This document shows positions 39,637-50,464 of a stretch of 64,000 nt of DNA, one piece after another. This DNA is from an uncultured Methanoregulaceae archaeon (GTDB taxonomy: Archaea > Halobacteriota > Methanomicrobia > Methanomicrobiales > Methanospirillaceae), in the NCBI GenBank assembly GCA_963737635.1, contig CAVTTL010000001.1, positions 224,001 through 288,000 on the forward strand. The letters run 5' to 3'. A program made the position numbers and the translations under genes. Each line of letters opens with the position of its first letter. Positions within the stretch are counted from its first letter, which is position 1. A model generated the notes under the pieces. It saw only the letters and a list, made by a program, of their open reading frames with translations, ran no database searches and was not told the DNA's origin.

Positions 39637-40131
39637 TTATTCAGATACTGTGTGGATCAGGTGCCCGTGCGCATCGATCTCGCCCCGCCAGATACGGGTA
39701 GAAGAGATCCAGCGGCCGTCGTCGGCAAGCACGCAGGTGATCTGGTGGATGTCCACTTTGCGCAGGTTCTTCCCGCGCCGCAGCTTGTTGATCTCGACTG
39801 CGACCGGCAGGGTCTCCTCAGAAACGACAATTGCGTCAAAATCGGCATCAAGTGCTGAACCGAACCGGTCACCCAGCGGTTCGACTTCCCAGTGGGTGGC
39901 ATATTTTTTTTGCACAGCCCGTGTGGAGATAACGCTGGAAATGAATGCCTCAAGCTCGGCTTTTCGTTCGGCAAACGGGTGGATCGGGTGCGTCTTCCTG
40001 CTGGCAAACGAGTCGGTGGTGAGACCGATCACGACCTGTCCCTCAGGCCCGGCAAGTTCGAACGACCGGGTCAGAAGGCGTTTGTGGCCGTCGTGCAGCG
40101 GGTCAAAGGTGCCCCCTACCATAACCTTCAT
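39637..40131 (-). CDS. coaD: Phosphopantetheine adenylyltransferase (archaeal)
   Basis: GGTFDPLHDGH, VSEET, ISSTRI. Confidence 0.9.
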   Translation of the reverse strand: MKVMVGGTFDPLHDGHKRLLTRSFELAGPEGQVVIGLTTDSFASRKTHPIHPFAERKAELEAFISSVISTRAVQKKYATHWEVEPLGDRFGSALDADFDAIVVSEETLPVAVEINKLRRGKNLRKVDIHQITCVLADDGRWISSTRIWRGEIDAHGHLIHTVSE

Positions 40132-40167
40132 GCTGTCTGTACGTTAAGTTCCTATGGTATTATGGGT

Positions 40168-40656
40168 ATGGATAGGACGATCGCCGGCACCCCGCTCTGG
40201 TGTGCCCCCAACGCAACGGTGACAGGCAGGGTGACCGTAGGTACGGATGTCGGTATCTGGTTTGGGGCAGTTATCCGGGCCGACAAGGACCGGATCGCAA
40301 TCGGCGACCGGTCGAATATCCAGGACAACTGCGTCGTCCATACCAGCGCCGGGTTTCCCACAACCTTAGGCAGTGACGTGTCCGTGGGGCATGGGGCGAT
40401 CCTCCACGGCTGTACCATCAAAGACCGGGTGCTCGTCGGCATGGGTGCGATCGTCCTGAACGGTGCGGTGGTAGGGGAAGATTCCCTGATCGGTGCCGGG
40501 GCAGTTGTGACCGAGGGCATGCAGGTACCGCCCGGGTCGGTCGTGCTCGGCGTACCGGGAAAAGTCGTCAAAGAGACCACCCCCGCCCAGCGTGAACACA
40601 TCCTGCAGAATGCGCAGTCCTACGTCAGGCTCGCCGGGGAATATAGCCATGCGTGA
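40168..40656 (+). CDS. Gamma carbonic anhydrase family protein
   Basis: Hexapeptide repeats, SNIQDNCVVH, GHGAILHGC. Confidence 0.9.
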   Translation: MDRTIAGTPLWCAPNATVTGRVTVGTDVGIWFGAVIRADKDRIAIGDRSNIQDNCVVHTSAGFPTTLGSDVSVGHGAILHGCTIKDRVLVGMGAIVLNGAVVGEDSLIGAGAVVTEGMQVPPGSVVLGVPGKVVKETTPAQREHILQNAQSYVRLAGEYSHA

Positions 40657-41938
40657 TGTCGTTGTTATCGGGGCCGGTGTCTCCGGCATACAAGCGGCGC
40701 TCGATCTCGCAAACCACGGTATGCTCGTCCATCTGATCGAGCGGGAGCCCACCATCGGCGGCCATATGGCGCAGCTCGACAAGACGTTTCCCACCAACGA
40801 CTGCTCCATGTGTATCCTCTCGCCCAAGATGGTGGATGTCCAGCGGCACCCGGGCATCCGGATCCATACCCTGTCTGAAGTTGTGGGTGTCAAAGGCGAT
40901 CCCGGGCACTTCCAGGTCACTGTCCGCGAACATCCGCGGTATATCGATATGGAGACGTGTACTGGCTGTGGCGACTGCGTCCAGATCTGCCCGGTCGAGG
41001 TCTACAACCGGTTCGACGCCGGTATCGGTGTCAGGAAAGCGATCTACAAGCCCCACCCGCAGGCTGTCCCCGACCGGGTCGTCAAGGACAAAGAGCACTG
41101 TATCGAATGCGGGCTCTGCTATGACGTGTGCGGGCCCGGTTCGATCCTGCGAGAGGACGGGGAGAAGGAGATCGTCATTGATGCCTCAGCCGTCATTGTC
41201 GCGACCGGGTACGAGGTCTTTGATGCCCGGAAGAAAAGCCCGTTCGGGTACCTGCACTTCCCTGACGTGATCACAAGCCTCGAACTGGAGCGGATGATCA
41301 ATGCAAGCGGGCCGACCGGAGGAAAGATCCGGCGTCTGAGTGACGGCAACGAGCCGGAGAGCATTGTCTTTATCCAGTGCGTGGGCTCGCGGGATATGCA
41401 GCTGTGCCGGCCCTGGTGTTCCTGTGTCTGCTGCATGCAGGCGATCAAGAACGCGATGCTCATCAAAGAGAAGCACCCGGAGATCGCAGTCACGATCTTC
41501 TACATGGATGTCCGGGCCTACGGGAAGGGGTACGAGGAATATTACGAACGGGCAAAGAGTGTCGGCGTCCGGTTCCTGCGGGGGATGCCCTCCGATGTGC
41601 AGGAAGATACCAGCGGCCTCTTTTTCCAAGTGGAGAACTCGGAGACCGGGGAGGTCGAGACTCTTCGCCCGGGCCTCGTGGTCCTCTCGGTCGGCATCCA
41701 GCCCACCGACGCGACGGCTGCGCTTGCGGATACCCTCGGTCTCCCGCGTGAAGAGACCGGGTTTATCCAGTCGGTGCATGACGCCATGGACACGGTCGGC
41801 ACGATCCGGCCGGGGATTTATGTAGCCGGCACCGCGGTCTCGCCCAAGGATATTCCCGACAGTGTAGCATCGGGCGAAGCGGCAGCGATGCGGGCGTTTG
41901 TGGGCGCACAAAAAGCAAAGAAGGTGCGATCCCGGTGA
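40649..41938 (+). CDS. Short HdrA-like FAD/[4Fe-4S] protein
   Basis: GAGVSG, LDKTFPTNDCSMC, two ferredoxin motifs, QCVGSRD...CS.VCC, PKDIPDSV. Confidence 0.88.
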   Translation: MRDVVVIGAGVSGIQAALDLANHGMLVHLIEREPTIGGHMAQLDKTFPTNDCSMCILSPKMVDVQRHPGIRIHTLSEVVGVKGDPGHFQVTVREHPRYIDMETCTGCGDCVQICPVEVYNRFDAGIGVRKAIYKPHPQAVPDRVVKDKEHCIECGLCYDVCGPGSILREDGEKEIVIDASAVIVATGYEVFDARKKSPFGYLHFPDVITSLELERMINASGPTGGKIRRLSDGNEPESIVFIQCVGSRDMQLCRPWCSCVCCMQAIKNAMLIKEKHPEIAVTIFYMDVRAYGKGYEEYYERAKSVGVRFLRGMPSDVQEDTSGLFFQVENSETGEVETLRPGLVVLSVGIQPTDATAALADTLGLPREETGFIQSVHDAMDTVGTIRPGIYVAGTAVSPKDIPDSVASGEAAAMRAFVGAQKAKKVRSR

Positions 41939-42987
41939 ACGAGTCATTGACGCTCTGGTGGAACGAGGCGTTAGGCGGTATCCGGTACATCGACCAGACG
42001 CTCCTTCCCACAGAATATATAATCGTCGATTGTACGCGTGTCGACCGTCTCATCACAGCGATACAGCGGCTCGAGATCCGGGGGGCCCCGGCCCTTGGGG
42101 TTGCCGGGGGATACGGGGTCGCCCTTGCCGCCCTCACCTGTAACGAACGATCGTTGGGAGCATTTTCCCGGGCTGTACAAAAAGAGGCCGGACGTATCCG
42201 GGAGAGCAGGCCGACGGCCGTCAACTTGAGCTGGGGGGTCGACCGGGTGCTTGCAAAGATGCTTGCCGAGACCGACATCGCATCAGCCCGGGCAGCCGCA
42301 CTTCTTGAGGCACAGGTAATCGCCGCTGAGGACACCCGGTGCTGCCACGCCATCGGGACGCAGGGGGCCGCCCTCCTCCCCGATCAGTGCACCGTTCTCA
42401 CCCACTGCAACGCGGGGGCGCTTGCCTGTTCCTCGTGGGGAACGGCGCTTGGCGTGATCCGGTCTGCGGTAGAAGCCGGAAAAGAGATCAAGGTGATCGC
42501 CTGCGAAACCCGGCCGCTCCTGCAGGGTGCCCGGCTCACCGCGTGGGAACTCGCCCGGGACGGGATCGATGTCACCGTCATCACCGACTCGATGGCCGCC
42601 CATATGATGCGCACGGCGAAGATCGACTGCGTCATCGTCGGCGCCGACCGGATCACCGGCGATGCAGTCTTCAACAAGATCGGCACGTACATGCACGCGG
42701 TCTGCGCCCGCCACCATAGTATCCCGTTCTACGTGGTGGCTCCTTTCTCTACGTTTGATGCTTCCCGGAAGGAGCGCGAAGTCACGATTGAGGAGCGGGG
42801 GCGCGACGAGCTCGCAGTCATGGGAAACCGTACCCTGATTCCCGATGGTGTACCGGTGCGGAATTTCGCGTTCGATGCCACCCCCATGGAACTGGTCAGT
42901 GCTATTATCACTGAGCACGGCATTGTCCGACCGCCGTTTGACATCGGTGCACTCTTATCCCGCCCGGGATCCAACACTATACCGTAA
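41935..42987 (+). CDS. mtnA: Methylthioribose-1-phosphate isomerase
   Basis: IRGAP, RPTAVNL, THCNAG, ETRP.LQG, NKIGTY, AFDATP. Confidence 0.92.
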   Translation: MNESLTLWWNEALGGIRYIDQTLLPTEYIIVDCTRVDRLITAIQRLEIRGAPALGVAGGYGVALAALTCNERSLGAFSRAVQKEAGRIRESRPTAVNLSWGVDRVLAKMLAETDIASARAAALLEAQVIAAEDTRCCHAIGTQGAALLPDQCTVLTHCNAGALACSSWGTALGVIRSAVEAGKEIKVIACETRPLLQGARLTAWELARDGIDVTVITDSMAAHMMRTAKIDCVIVGADRITGDAVFNKIGTYMHAVCARHHSIPFYVVAPFSTFDASRKEREVTIEERGRDELAVMGNRTLIPDGVPVRNFAFDATPMELVSAIITEHGIVRPPFDIGALLSRPGSNTIP

Positions 42988-42993
42988 ACCACT

Positions 42994-43704
42994 ATGACCT
43001 TCCTGGATATCGATCTCAGCCAGTTTCACAGCCTGATGTACATCATCGGCGAACTGACCCTCGTATTTATCATCGGTGCCCTGCTGGTATCGTTTATTCT
43101 CGTCGTTATATCCCTGTACTCGATCAGGAGAGGGCAGCTCTATTTCCCCCGGCTCATCAAGGCAGGCACGGTCTTTCTCGAAGGGTTCATGAAAGCATTC
43201 TTCCGGCTGCTCGGGCTCGAAGACCGGGAGATGCTGACCTTCTTTATCAAGATCCACAATACCATGAACGCGAGCGCATTCTCGAAAGTTCCTCTTTCCC
43301 TGCGCGCGGTCTTTGTCCCCCAGTGCCTGCGGTCCGCAAAGTGCCCGGCGCACCTCACCCCGGAGGGGCTCAAATGCGTCAAATGCGGGCAGTGTACTCT
43401 CGGCGAGGCTGGTATCCTTCTTGAAAACCTGGGATACCGGGTCTTTATCATCCCCGGTTCGTCGTTTATCAAACGGATGGTCAGGAAATACCACCCGAAA
43501 GCAATCATCGGCGTCGGCTGCCTGACCGAGGTAAAAGAAGGGATCGACATGGCCGACAAGATCGGCCTCATCTCGATGGGTGTCGTGACCTTAAAGGAAG
43601 GATGTGTCGAGACTATCGTTAACTGGCAGGATATCTACGAGGTGGCGATCCTGGGCCTCGATCCGGCGTTAATTCCCGAAGACCTTCATGGTCTTACCGG
43701 TTAA
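42994..43704 (+). CDS. DUF116 family protein
   Basis: PQCLR..CPA, C..CG.C, IPGSS, GVGC. Confidence 0.85.
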   Translation: MTFLDIDLSQFHSLMYIIGELTLVFIIGALLVSFILVVISLYSIRRGQLYFPRLIKAGTVFLEGFMKAFFRLLGLEDREMLTFFIKIHNTMNASAFSKVPLSLRAVFVPQCLRSAKCPAHLTPEGLKCVKCGQCTLGEAGILLENLGYRVFIIPGSSFIKRMVRKYHPKAIIGVGCLTEVKEGIDMADKIGLISMGVVTLKEGCVETIVNWQDIYEVAILGLDPALIPEDLHGLTG

Positions 43705-44083
43705 CTTCCCGCTCTTTATCTTGCCGTGGACAACGATGGCGTCGCGGCTCGTCACATCGCCGACCCGCACATCGGGCCTGATGATGACTTTTCCTCCGGC
43801 CGCAACAGAATAGACCACGCAATGATCGAGCAGGGCCACATCCCCGGTCTGCCACGAGCGGCCCTTTGATCCGGGCGTGACTCCCGATAACTGCGCTCCC
43901 GCACGCCACATCGAGGGCCACGCTCGATTTCATCCCCAGTTCGAGCCTTCCGGTCACCACGAGCCGGCCCCAGAAATGGGTCCGGGCAGGCACGATAAAA
44001 TCGCCGTCAATCCTGACATTACCTTCATAATACGCCCCTCGTGGGGCATAAAAAGTGCTGCCTTGCTGGATGACGTCTGCCAT
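43669..44083 (-). CDS. Bactofilin-like/polymer-forming beta-helix protein (indel near 43855)
   Basis: Repeating G-x-V-x-x-x-G pattern across two frames. Confidence 0.6.
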
Positions 44084-44131
44084 GTGCGTATCAAGGTAGT
44101 TGAGGCACGACCTTATCCATATAGTTTGTCG

Positions 44132-44976
44132 TCACCCCAGGAAAACAGCCGAGAGCGTGAAGACCGCCAGGGAAGCAAACATCCCGTATTTGAGCAGGGT
44201 CGTTGCACCGGTTGCGGCCAGTTCGCCGGGGTTGGTGCAGCCAAGCGCTTTTCCTGCCGCGATAATAATGATACCGTCGACGAGGGTGATCCCGGGGAGA
44301 TACCATGGCCCCCACCACCAGTAGGGGAATATGCTTGCCGCAATGGCGGCAACGGCACAGGAAAATGCGAAGATGGCGGTCTTCTGTACGCCAATCCGGA
44401 TGGGCAGGGTATCCGCACCGCCGGCCCGGTCGCCCTCGATGTCCTCGGCATCTTTCAGGAGTTCGCGGGCGAGCATCGCGAGGAAGGTGATAACGGCGAT
44501 AGGGAGTATCGTGATAAGATATCCCCACCCGGCAAACGCCCCGCCAAAGAGGAAGATGCTCGCCGCAAGGTACGACACCGCCACGTTCCCGAAAAACGGT
44601 GTGCTCTTGAGCCTGGCCGCGTACGCGACAAGGAGCAGGGCATTGAAAAGGGCAATGCCAAAGCAGAGCGGGGTCGTGAACCAGCTGGCGATAAGGCCGA
44701 GGACGAACAGGCAGCCCGGCGTAGGCGAGAGCCTGTGTTCCTGCCCACCGAGCCTGAGGGGATAGGACGTTTCGGGCGGTTGATCGCGTCAATTGCTGCA
44801 TCGAAATAATCGTTGATCACGTTCCCGGCAGCAGTGACGAGAATAACCACGGCCATAAGCAGGATGACACCATACACCAGCGTGCCGGTAGCGATAAGGT
44901 ACGCAACGATCGCCGCAAGACCAGCGACGACCGAATTTGCCGGGCGGGTAATCGTAAAAAATCCTGCAAGGCCCAT
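44132..44976 (-). CDS. Digeranylgeranylglyceryl phosphate synthase (UbiA family; indel near 44735)
   Basis: RP.N, NDYFD..ID.INRP.RPIPSG, REL.KD.EDIEGD. Confidence 0.9.
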
Positions 44977-45094
44977 ATAAGGATCCGGTATCTGGCCGTT
45001 CCGATATTAACCTAGCGTGCCTGGTTATCGCGGAGATGGACACGAGTGATCCGGCAGTGACGGCCTTTTCGAATTGCAGAGGGGAAAAAAAGGG

Positions 45095-45619
45095 TTACGT
45101 GAATACCGACGGGTCCAGGGTCCATTCGGCTGAGAAACTCACGGGCTTCTGGTTTGCCGGGGGTTCGGTAACAAAGGAGACGTCGAGCGTTGCTCCCTTT
45201 GAAAGCGCCTCATAATCCTTATCCGAAGTGATTATGACATAATCCCGGGGGGTTCCCATGTCTCCCGGGCCGAGTTCGTCAGTTTCTGCACCAGAGCCCG
45301 CATGGGAGACTCCGACTCCTCCGTACGAAACACCGTTTGCGCCGGTAATCCTGCTGAACCAGTGCAGATGGATGGGGGTGGTTCCGGTATCCAGGGCAGC
45401 TATATAGATGTCGATTTCATGGTCGCCGGATTGCGAACGCCCGGCCGTGATCTGGTAGATCGAGGCGTTAAAGGCAGAAGTTCCGTTTACCAGTACGGCA
45501 ACGTCGTCCTGGCTGAGCGCATGGGTACCCGTGATACCGGGGGTACTGGTTGTGCAGCCGGCAACGAGGATAAAACTGATACCAAGGATGGCAAATATAC
45601 AAAGAATACCCGTTTTCAT
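45095..45619 (-). CDS. Lipoprotein
   Basis: MKTGIL...LVAGC lipobox. Confidence 0.7.
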   Translation of the reverse strand: MKTGILCIFAILGISFILVAGCTTSTPGITGTHALSQDDVAVLVNGTSAFNASIYQITAGRSQSGDHEIDIYIAALDTGTTPIHLHWFSRITGANGVSYGGVGVSHAGSGAETDELGPGDMGTPRDYVIITSDKDYEALSKGATLDVSFVTEPPANQKPVSFSAEWTLDPSVFT

Positions 45620-45744
45620 GGTTTCACCTACTCGCTGTACTACCGGATATTTTTTTTGTTCTTTCCTTAAAAAATTCACGCCGGATTTCCGCTAAAAACA
45701 AAGAACGGCAATCGCACCGTACAAAGAAAAAATACCAGCCGTTA

Positions 45745-45819
45745 CGGGCGAGGGGGGATTTGAACCCCCGACCATTAGCTTAGGAGGCTAACGCTCTATC
45801 CGGACTAAGCCACTCGCCC
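45745..45819 (-). tRNA. tRNA-Arg(CCT)
   Basis: GGGCGAG acceptor stem, TTAGC-CTCCTAA-GCTAA anticodon arm, GTTCAAATC T-loop. Confidence 0.95.
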
Positions 45820-45882
45820 TCTGCTCATACCAATTGCGGGGGAATATGTATAAGTTTTGCGCGCTCGAAGATCTTCCCGCGA

Positions 45883-46995
45883 ATGGACGTCATCGAGAAA
45901 ACGGAAGGAAAAACGACGTTTTTTGTCCCGGTCCAGGACGACACCGAGCAGTTCCCGCCCGGCACTGCCCCGGTCTTTTTCAACCGCCGGATGGAGCTCA
46001 ACCGGGACGCCACCGTCTTGCTTCTCTCGGTGCTCAAACCCTCCGACTATCTCGATGCCATGGGAGCGACCGGCGTCCGGGGGCTCCGGGTGGCAAACGA
46101 GTGCGGGATCCCGGTCACTATCAACGACAAGGACCCGGAAGCGGTGCCGCTGATCCAGCAGAATGTTTGCCGGTCCGGGCTCCCGGTGACGGTCACCTGC
46201 CGGGATGCGTGTTCGCTGCTCTTCGAGCAGTCCTTTGATGCGGTCGACATCGACCCCTTCGGGACGCCAGCGCCGTTCATCGATGCCGGTGTCCGGGGGT
46301 GCCGGCGGTTTCTTCTCGTGACGGCAACGGATACCGCACCGCTCTGCGGGGCGCATCTCCGGGCAGGCATCCGCCGGTACTTTGCCCGCCCGGCCAATAC
46401 CGGGTACCACGCCGAAGTGGGTCTCCGGACCCTTCTCGGGTTTGTTGTCCGGGAGACGGTGAAGTACGACCGGGGCATCGAACCGCTCTTCTGCTTTGCC
46501 CGGGAGCACTTCGTACGCCTGAACCTGAGACTCACCCGGGGTGCCCAGGCTGCTGACCAGACCATCGCCCGGATCGGTTTTATCATGCAGTGCCCTTCCT
46601 GCGCCTACCGGGAGGAGCAGCCCGGGATGTTTCCCCCGTCTGCAACGTGTCCGTACTGCGGAAAAACGCTCCAGCCCATCGGGCCTCTCTACCTGGGAAA
46701 ACTGCTGGATGACGAAATTCTCGTGCAGATGCAGGACCAGCTCGCCTGCAGCACGCTTGGCACACACAAGGATCTGGCAAAACTGCTCGTCACCTGCCGG
46801 GAGGAACTGCCGCTCTCCAGCCACTACGATTACCATCTCCTCGCCCGGTCCCGTGCCGTTTCACCACCCCCCATCGATACGGTCCTTGAACGGCTGCGCT
46901 CTGCCGGCTACGCGGCGAGCCGGACCCACTTCTCCGGCACCGGGGTAAAAACCGACGCTCCGCTCCCGGTCCTTCTCGACACTATCAGGAACTAA
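45883..46995 (+). CDS. trm1: tRNA (guanine26-N2)-dimethyltransferase
   Basis: FFN.RM..NRD, DIDPFG, TATD, GPLY.G.L, KTDAP. Confidence 0.93.
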   Translation: MDVIEKTEGKTTFFVPVQDDTEQFPPGTAPVFFNRRMELNRDATVLLLSVLKPSDYLDAMGATGVRGLRVANECGIPVTINDKDPEAVPLIQQNVCRSGLPVTVTCRDACSLLFEQSFDAVDIDPFGTPAPFIDAGVRGCRRFLLVTATDTAPLCGAHLRAGIRRYFARPANTGYHAEVGLRTLLGFVVRETVKYDRGIEPLFCFAREHFVRLNLRLTRGAQAADQTIARIGFIMQCPSCAYREEQPGMFPPSATCPYCGKTLQPIGPLYLGKLLDDEILVQMQDQLACSTLGTHKDLAKLLVTCREELPLSSHYDYHLLARSRAVSPPPIDTVLERLRSAGYAASRTHFSGTGVKTDAPLPVLLDTIRN

Positions 46996-47084
46996 CATAG
47001 AGCCGGCGTCCGAATCCCTCATCAAAGACCAAACCATTTTCAGAATATTTATAAAAAGGTCTGCTGTATTCTCACCCTGATACC

Positions 47085-47747
47085 ATGAACAGGATGCCGG
47101 GGTATGGGAGAGTACCCGTGGTAACGGGGATTCTCCTCATCGTTTTTCTGCTGTGTGCGGGATGCACTTCCCACAATGATACTGCGCAGCCGGCAGCAGT
47201 GAATACAACGCCTGTACCACAGCCCGTAACGTCCACCGTCACCACGGTTCCTCCGACAGCAAGCCCGACACCGCTTCCCTACCAGATCTATACCAATCCC
47301 GCGTATTCACTGACGATGCATTACCCTCTCGGCTGGGCCACCATAGAACCGGGTACCTACACCACACCGGATTTCGGCCGGTTCAGCTACCACCTCGTCG
47401 ATTTCTATAAACTGAACGCGACGATGGTCACGGCCCGCGTCTTCAGCGTATATGTCGATCCGAATCCGGCAACCAATCTGGAAAATTACTTCAGCCAGGT
47501 GACGCTTTCCCTCAACAAAGCCTACGATGGCCTGACCATCACGCGGCCTAACTCCCTGTACCAGGTCTCCGGATACCGGGCCTACCGCCTCGACTTCCTG
47601 GATGCAAACGACTCCACGGTGATAGAGGTCTTCACGATCTCGCCGACGAACGTCCCCTATATCTTTACGTATGACGGTAAGGAAGACGCGGACTTCCAGA
47701 CGATGATGTTTTCCGTCGATATTACCAATAGCACGGTAAGCGGATAA
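47085..47747 (+). CDS. Lipoprotein, PsbP-like fold
   Basis: LCAGC lipobox; Y.N..Y..T..YP.GW. Confidence 0.65.
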   Translation: MNRMPGYGRVPVVTGILLIVFLLCAGCTSHNDTAQPAAVNTTPVPQPVTSTVTTVPPTASPTPLPYQIYTNPAYSLTMHYPLGWATIEPGTYTTPDFGRFSYHLVDFYKLNATMVTARVFSVYVDPNPATNLENYFSQVTLSLNKAYDGLTITRPNSLYQVSGYRAYRLDFLDANDSTVIEVFTISPTNVPYIFTYDGKEDADFQTMMFSVDITNSTVSG

Positions 47748-47778
47748 CGTTTTTACCGCGAAAGACGAAAAAAAGGCG

Positions 47779-48892
47779 TTAGTGTTCGATGATGATGGTG
47801 AGGATATCGCCGTCAACCAGCTTATGGGTAAGGCCCACCCGCTGGCCGCCGTGCTTGACGGATTTTCCCCAGACCCGGGCATACCGGAACCGGCGCACGA
47901 AGTCCCGGTGGAGCTTGATACAGACCGTCTCGACCGTGCTCCCCGTCCGGATGATCAGCGGCTCTTCGAGATCGGCGTCGCCACTCTGGGGCTTGAGATA
48001 GATCCGCATGAACCCGAGGCAGTCATAGATGGTATCCTTGAGCTCTTCCATGTGATACCCGGAATGGGCGGAGATCATGAGGGGGGGCGTAGCGAACCGG
48101 TCCGAAATATCGTGCTCGATCCTAAGGTAGGTCTCCTTGTCGATGAGGTCGACCTTGTTGACGGCAATGAACGCCGGCACATAGACCCGGTTTCCCTGGA
48201 CCGCATCGATGAGGTCTTCCTGGGTCGCGTTGCCGCGGACCAGCACCTCCGCGTTCATCATCTTGCTCTCGGAGAGGATCGACCGCACGTCCTCGATGTC
48301 AAGATCGAGCGTCCCGACCGCTGACAGGCGGATACCGCCGACCGAGGTCTTCTTGATGGTGATATCGGGTTTTGGCACGTTGATACGGATGCCTGCGTCG
48401 TAGAGTTCCTTGAGGAGGACGTTGACATGCTGGCCGTTGAAGACATCCACGAGGATGATGATGATGTCGGCGCTGCGCACGACGCCGATGACTTCCTTGC
48501 CACGGCCCTTGCCCATGGCTGCACCGGCGATAAGGCCCGGGATATCGAGTAGCTGGATCTTAGCACCTTTGTGTTCGAGGGCGCCGGGCACTACGGTGAG
48601 TGTCGTAAAAGCGTATGCAGCGACCGCACTTTCTGTGCCGGTGAGCTTATTGAGGAGCGTACTTTTACCGGTCGACGGGAAACCGACGAGGACTGCGGTC
48701 GCGTCGCCGGATTTTTTGACCGAATAGCCTTCTCCGCCACCGCCGGATTTCATCGCCCGGTTGACGGCTTCGTCGCGGAGTTTTGCGATCTTAGCCTTTA
48801 TCCGGCCGATGTGCTTGGAGGTAGCTTTTGTTGTACGGAGTCTTTGTGAGCTCTGCTTCCAACTCGGCTATCTGCTCTTCAAGACTACTCAT
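47779..48892 (-). CDS. DRG/OBG-family GTPase (indels in 5' part)
   Basis: GFPSTGKS, FTT, DIPG, NKVD, TGS domain; MSSLEEQI start in another frame. Confidence 0.92.
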
Positions 48893-49068
48893 TCCTATAT
48901 TATTCGACGCAGGTTCGGGATATACTTGTTTATAGAACGCCAGATGACGGGAATGCATGTGGTCTGTGAATCCCCAAAGGGCCATTCCTTCCCCCGACAT
49001 CCCTGAAAAGCGGGTGGACGGCTGATAAACTTTAAGTAAATCCATCGCCCATGTTAGTGGGCAATTAC

Positions 49069-49143
49069 GCTGCTATAGTGTAGACCGGCCAATCATGCGA
49101 GCCTCTCACGCTCGCGACAGGGGTTCGAATCCCCTTAGCAGCA
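49069..49143 (+). tRNA. tRNA-Glu(CTC)
   Basis: GCTGCTA acceptor stem, CGAGC-CTCTCAC-GCTCG anticodon arm, GTTCGAATC T-loop. Confidence 0.95.
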
Positions 49144-49166
49144 TCCTTTTCTGACAGTAAAAAACC

Positions 49167-49428
49167 TTAATATACATCGTCGTGGTGCGCAAAGTCCACG
49201 AGCGTGATCTGTTCTTTCTTTTTATCCAGTTTATACGTCAGGACATGATGCCCGATATGCAGGCGCCGTAGCCCTTGCATGGGACTGCGGAGTGGTTTCC
49301 CGATCTCCGGGTTTTCCCCTCAGCTCACGGAGTTTCCTCACTAGTTGTTTAAACCGTGCGGAATCCTTCTTCCTCATCTTCCGGAAAATTTCTTCGATAT
49401 CAGGATGGTAAACTATTGTATACGTCAT
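49167..49428 (-). CDS. RelE-family toxin (indel near 49318)
   Basis: MTYTIVYHP...NPEIGKPLRSPMQGLRRLHIGHHVLTY...FAHHDDVY after frame correction. Confidence 0.75.
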
Positions 49429-49634
49429 TCTGAGATGGCCCGGATAAAATCGTCCATTGAATCGTGTGTTTTTCCTTTTCCGGCAGCAATATCTGCTTGG
49501 GCCTTCTTCACTCTCCTGACAAATGAAGGTTTGATAGCCGATTCGGGAGGATAAACACTCTCATCAATCTTCTCTTCAATACGTTCAAGGCGGGTTACGA
49601 TATCGGAGAGCATCTGCTCTACACTCCGGTCCAT
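49425..49634 (-). CDS. Antitoxin partner
   Basis: Short ORF with ATGA overlap with the toxin; IAAGKGKT..SMDDF tail. Confidence 0.65.
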   Translation of the reverse strand: MDRSVEQMLSDIVTRLERIEEKIDESVYPPESAIKPSFVRRVKKAQADIAAGKGKTHDSMDDFIRAISE

Positions 49635-49818
49635 CCCACGAACCGGAAGCGAGGATTCACGCACCCCCCCAAGAGGATAATCAGTTACCCTTCCCTGAAC
49701 TATTTTGCCCCGGCTGATTGCCCGTTCCTTTGATCCGGCTGCTACCTTGTAGTTCATAGCACTGTCCAGATCTTTATTCTATGTGTTCAATAGCTTTTTT
49801 ATCAGGAATTCATTTTAA

Positions 49819-50406
49819 GGAAAACGAGAAAATGAATACCTCAGGTTAGTAATCGCCCGGGAATATCTCGCAAAGTGGAGAACAGATTATCCGTTCCGGC
49901 CTGAGGGGGATAATCTCGTTTTTATCACGGAGCGCAAGACGCCGCTCACCCATGCATCTATTCAGAAACAACTGAAACGGATCGCGGAACGGGCAGAGAT
50001 CGAGAAACACATTACCCCGCATGTCTTCCGCCATTCCCGGATTACGCACCTAATCCAGGAAGGAGTTCCGGAGAGCGTGATCAAACTGATGATGTGGGGG
50101 AACATCGGAAGCACCATGTTCCAGACATATGCGCATCTTGCAGGTAGCGATATTGATGCGGCGATCCTGAAGAACTATGGGGTAAAGTCAGCGAATGGCG
50201 ATAAGCCCACCGGGTTACGATTAGAACCCCGCCAATGTGAGCATTGTTATACAGTGAATGCACCAACTTCAAAGTTCTGTTCGAGCTGTGGCCGGCCCCT
50301 CGATCCTTTGGTCGCTATGAAACTTGATGAGAAAGTCCAGATGGCTCGGGACAGCCCGGATTATCAGGAATTGCTGACGAGACTGAAGAAAGATTTGAAT
50401 CTCTAG
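49819..50406 (+). pseudogene. 5'-truncated tyrosine integrase with C-terminal Zn ribbon
   Basis: ITPHVFRHSRITH, MWG, TYAHL, CEHC..CSSC; in-frame TAA at 49816 and the N-terminal half is missing. Confidence 0.85.
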
Positions 50407-50464
50407 TATCTGAAAACAATACCACGTTAATTTTTTAATTGGAGATAACACTCTATGATCTGTT

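Noticed and set aside
45061-45819. Possible island at tRNA-Arg
   Set aside because: No duplicated tRNA end or integrase seen; only one lipoprotein gene.
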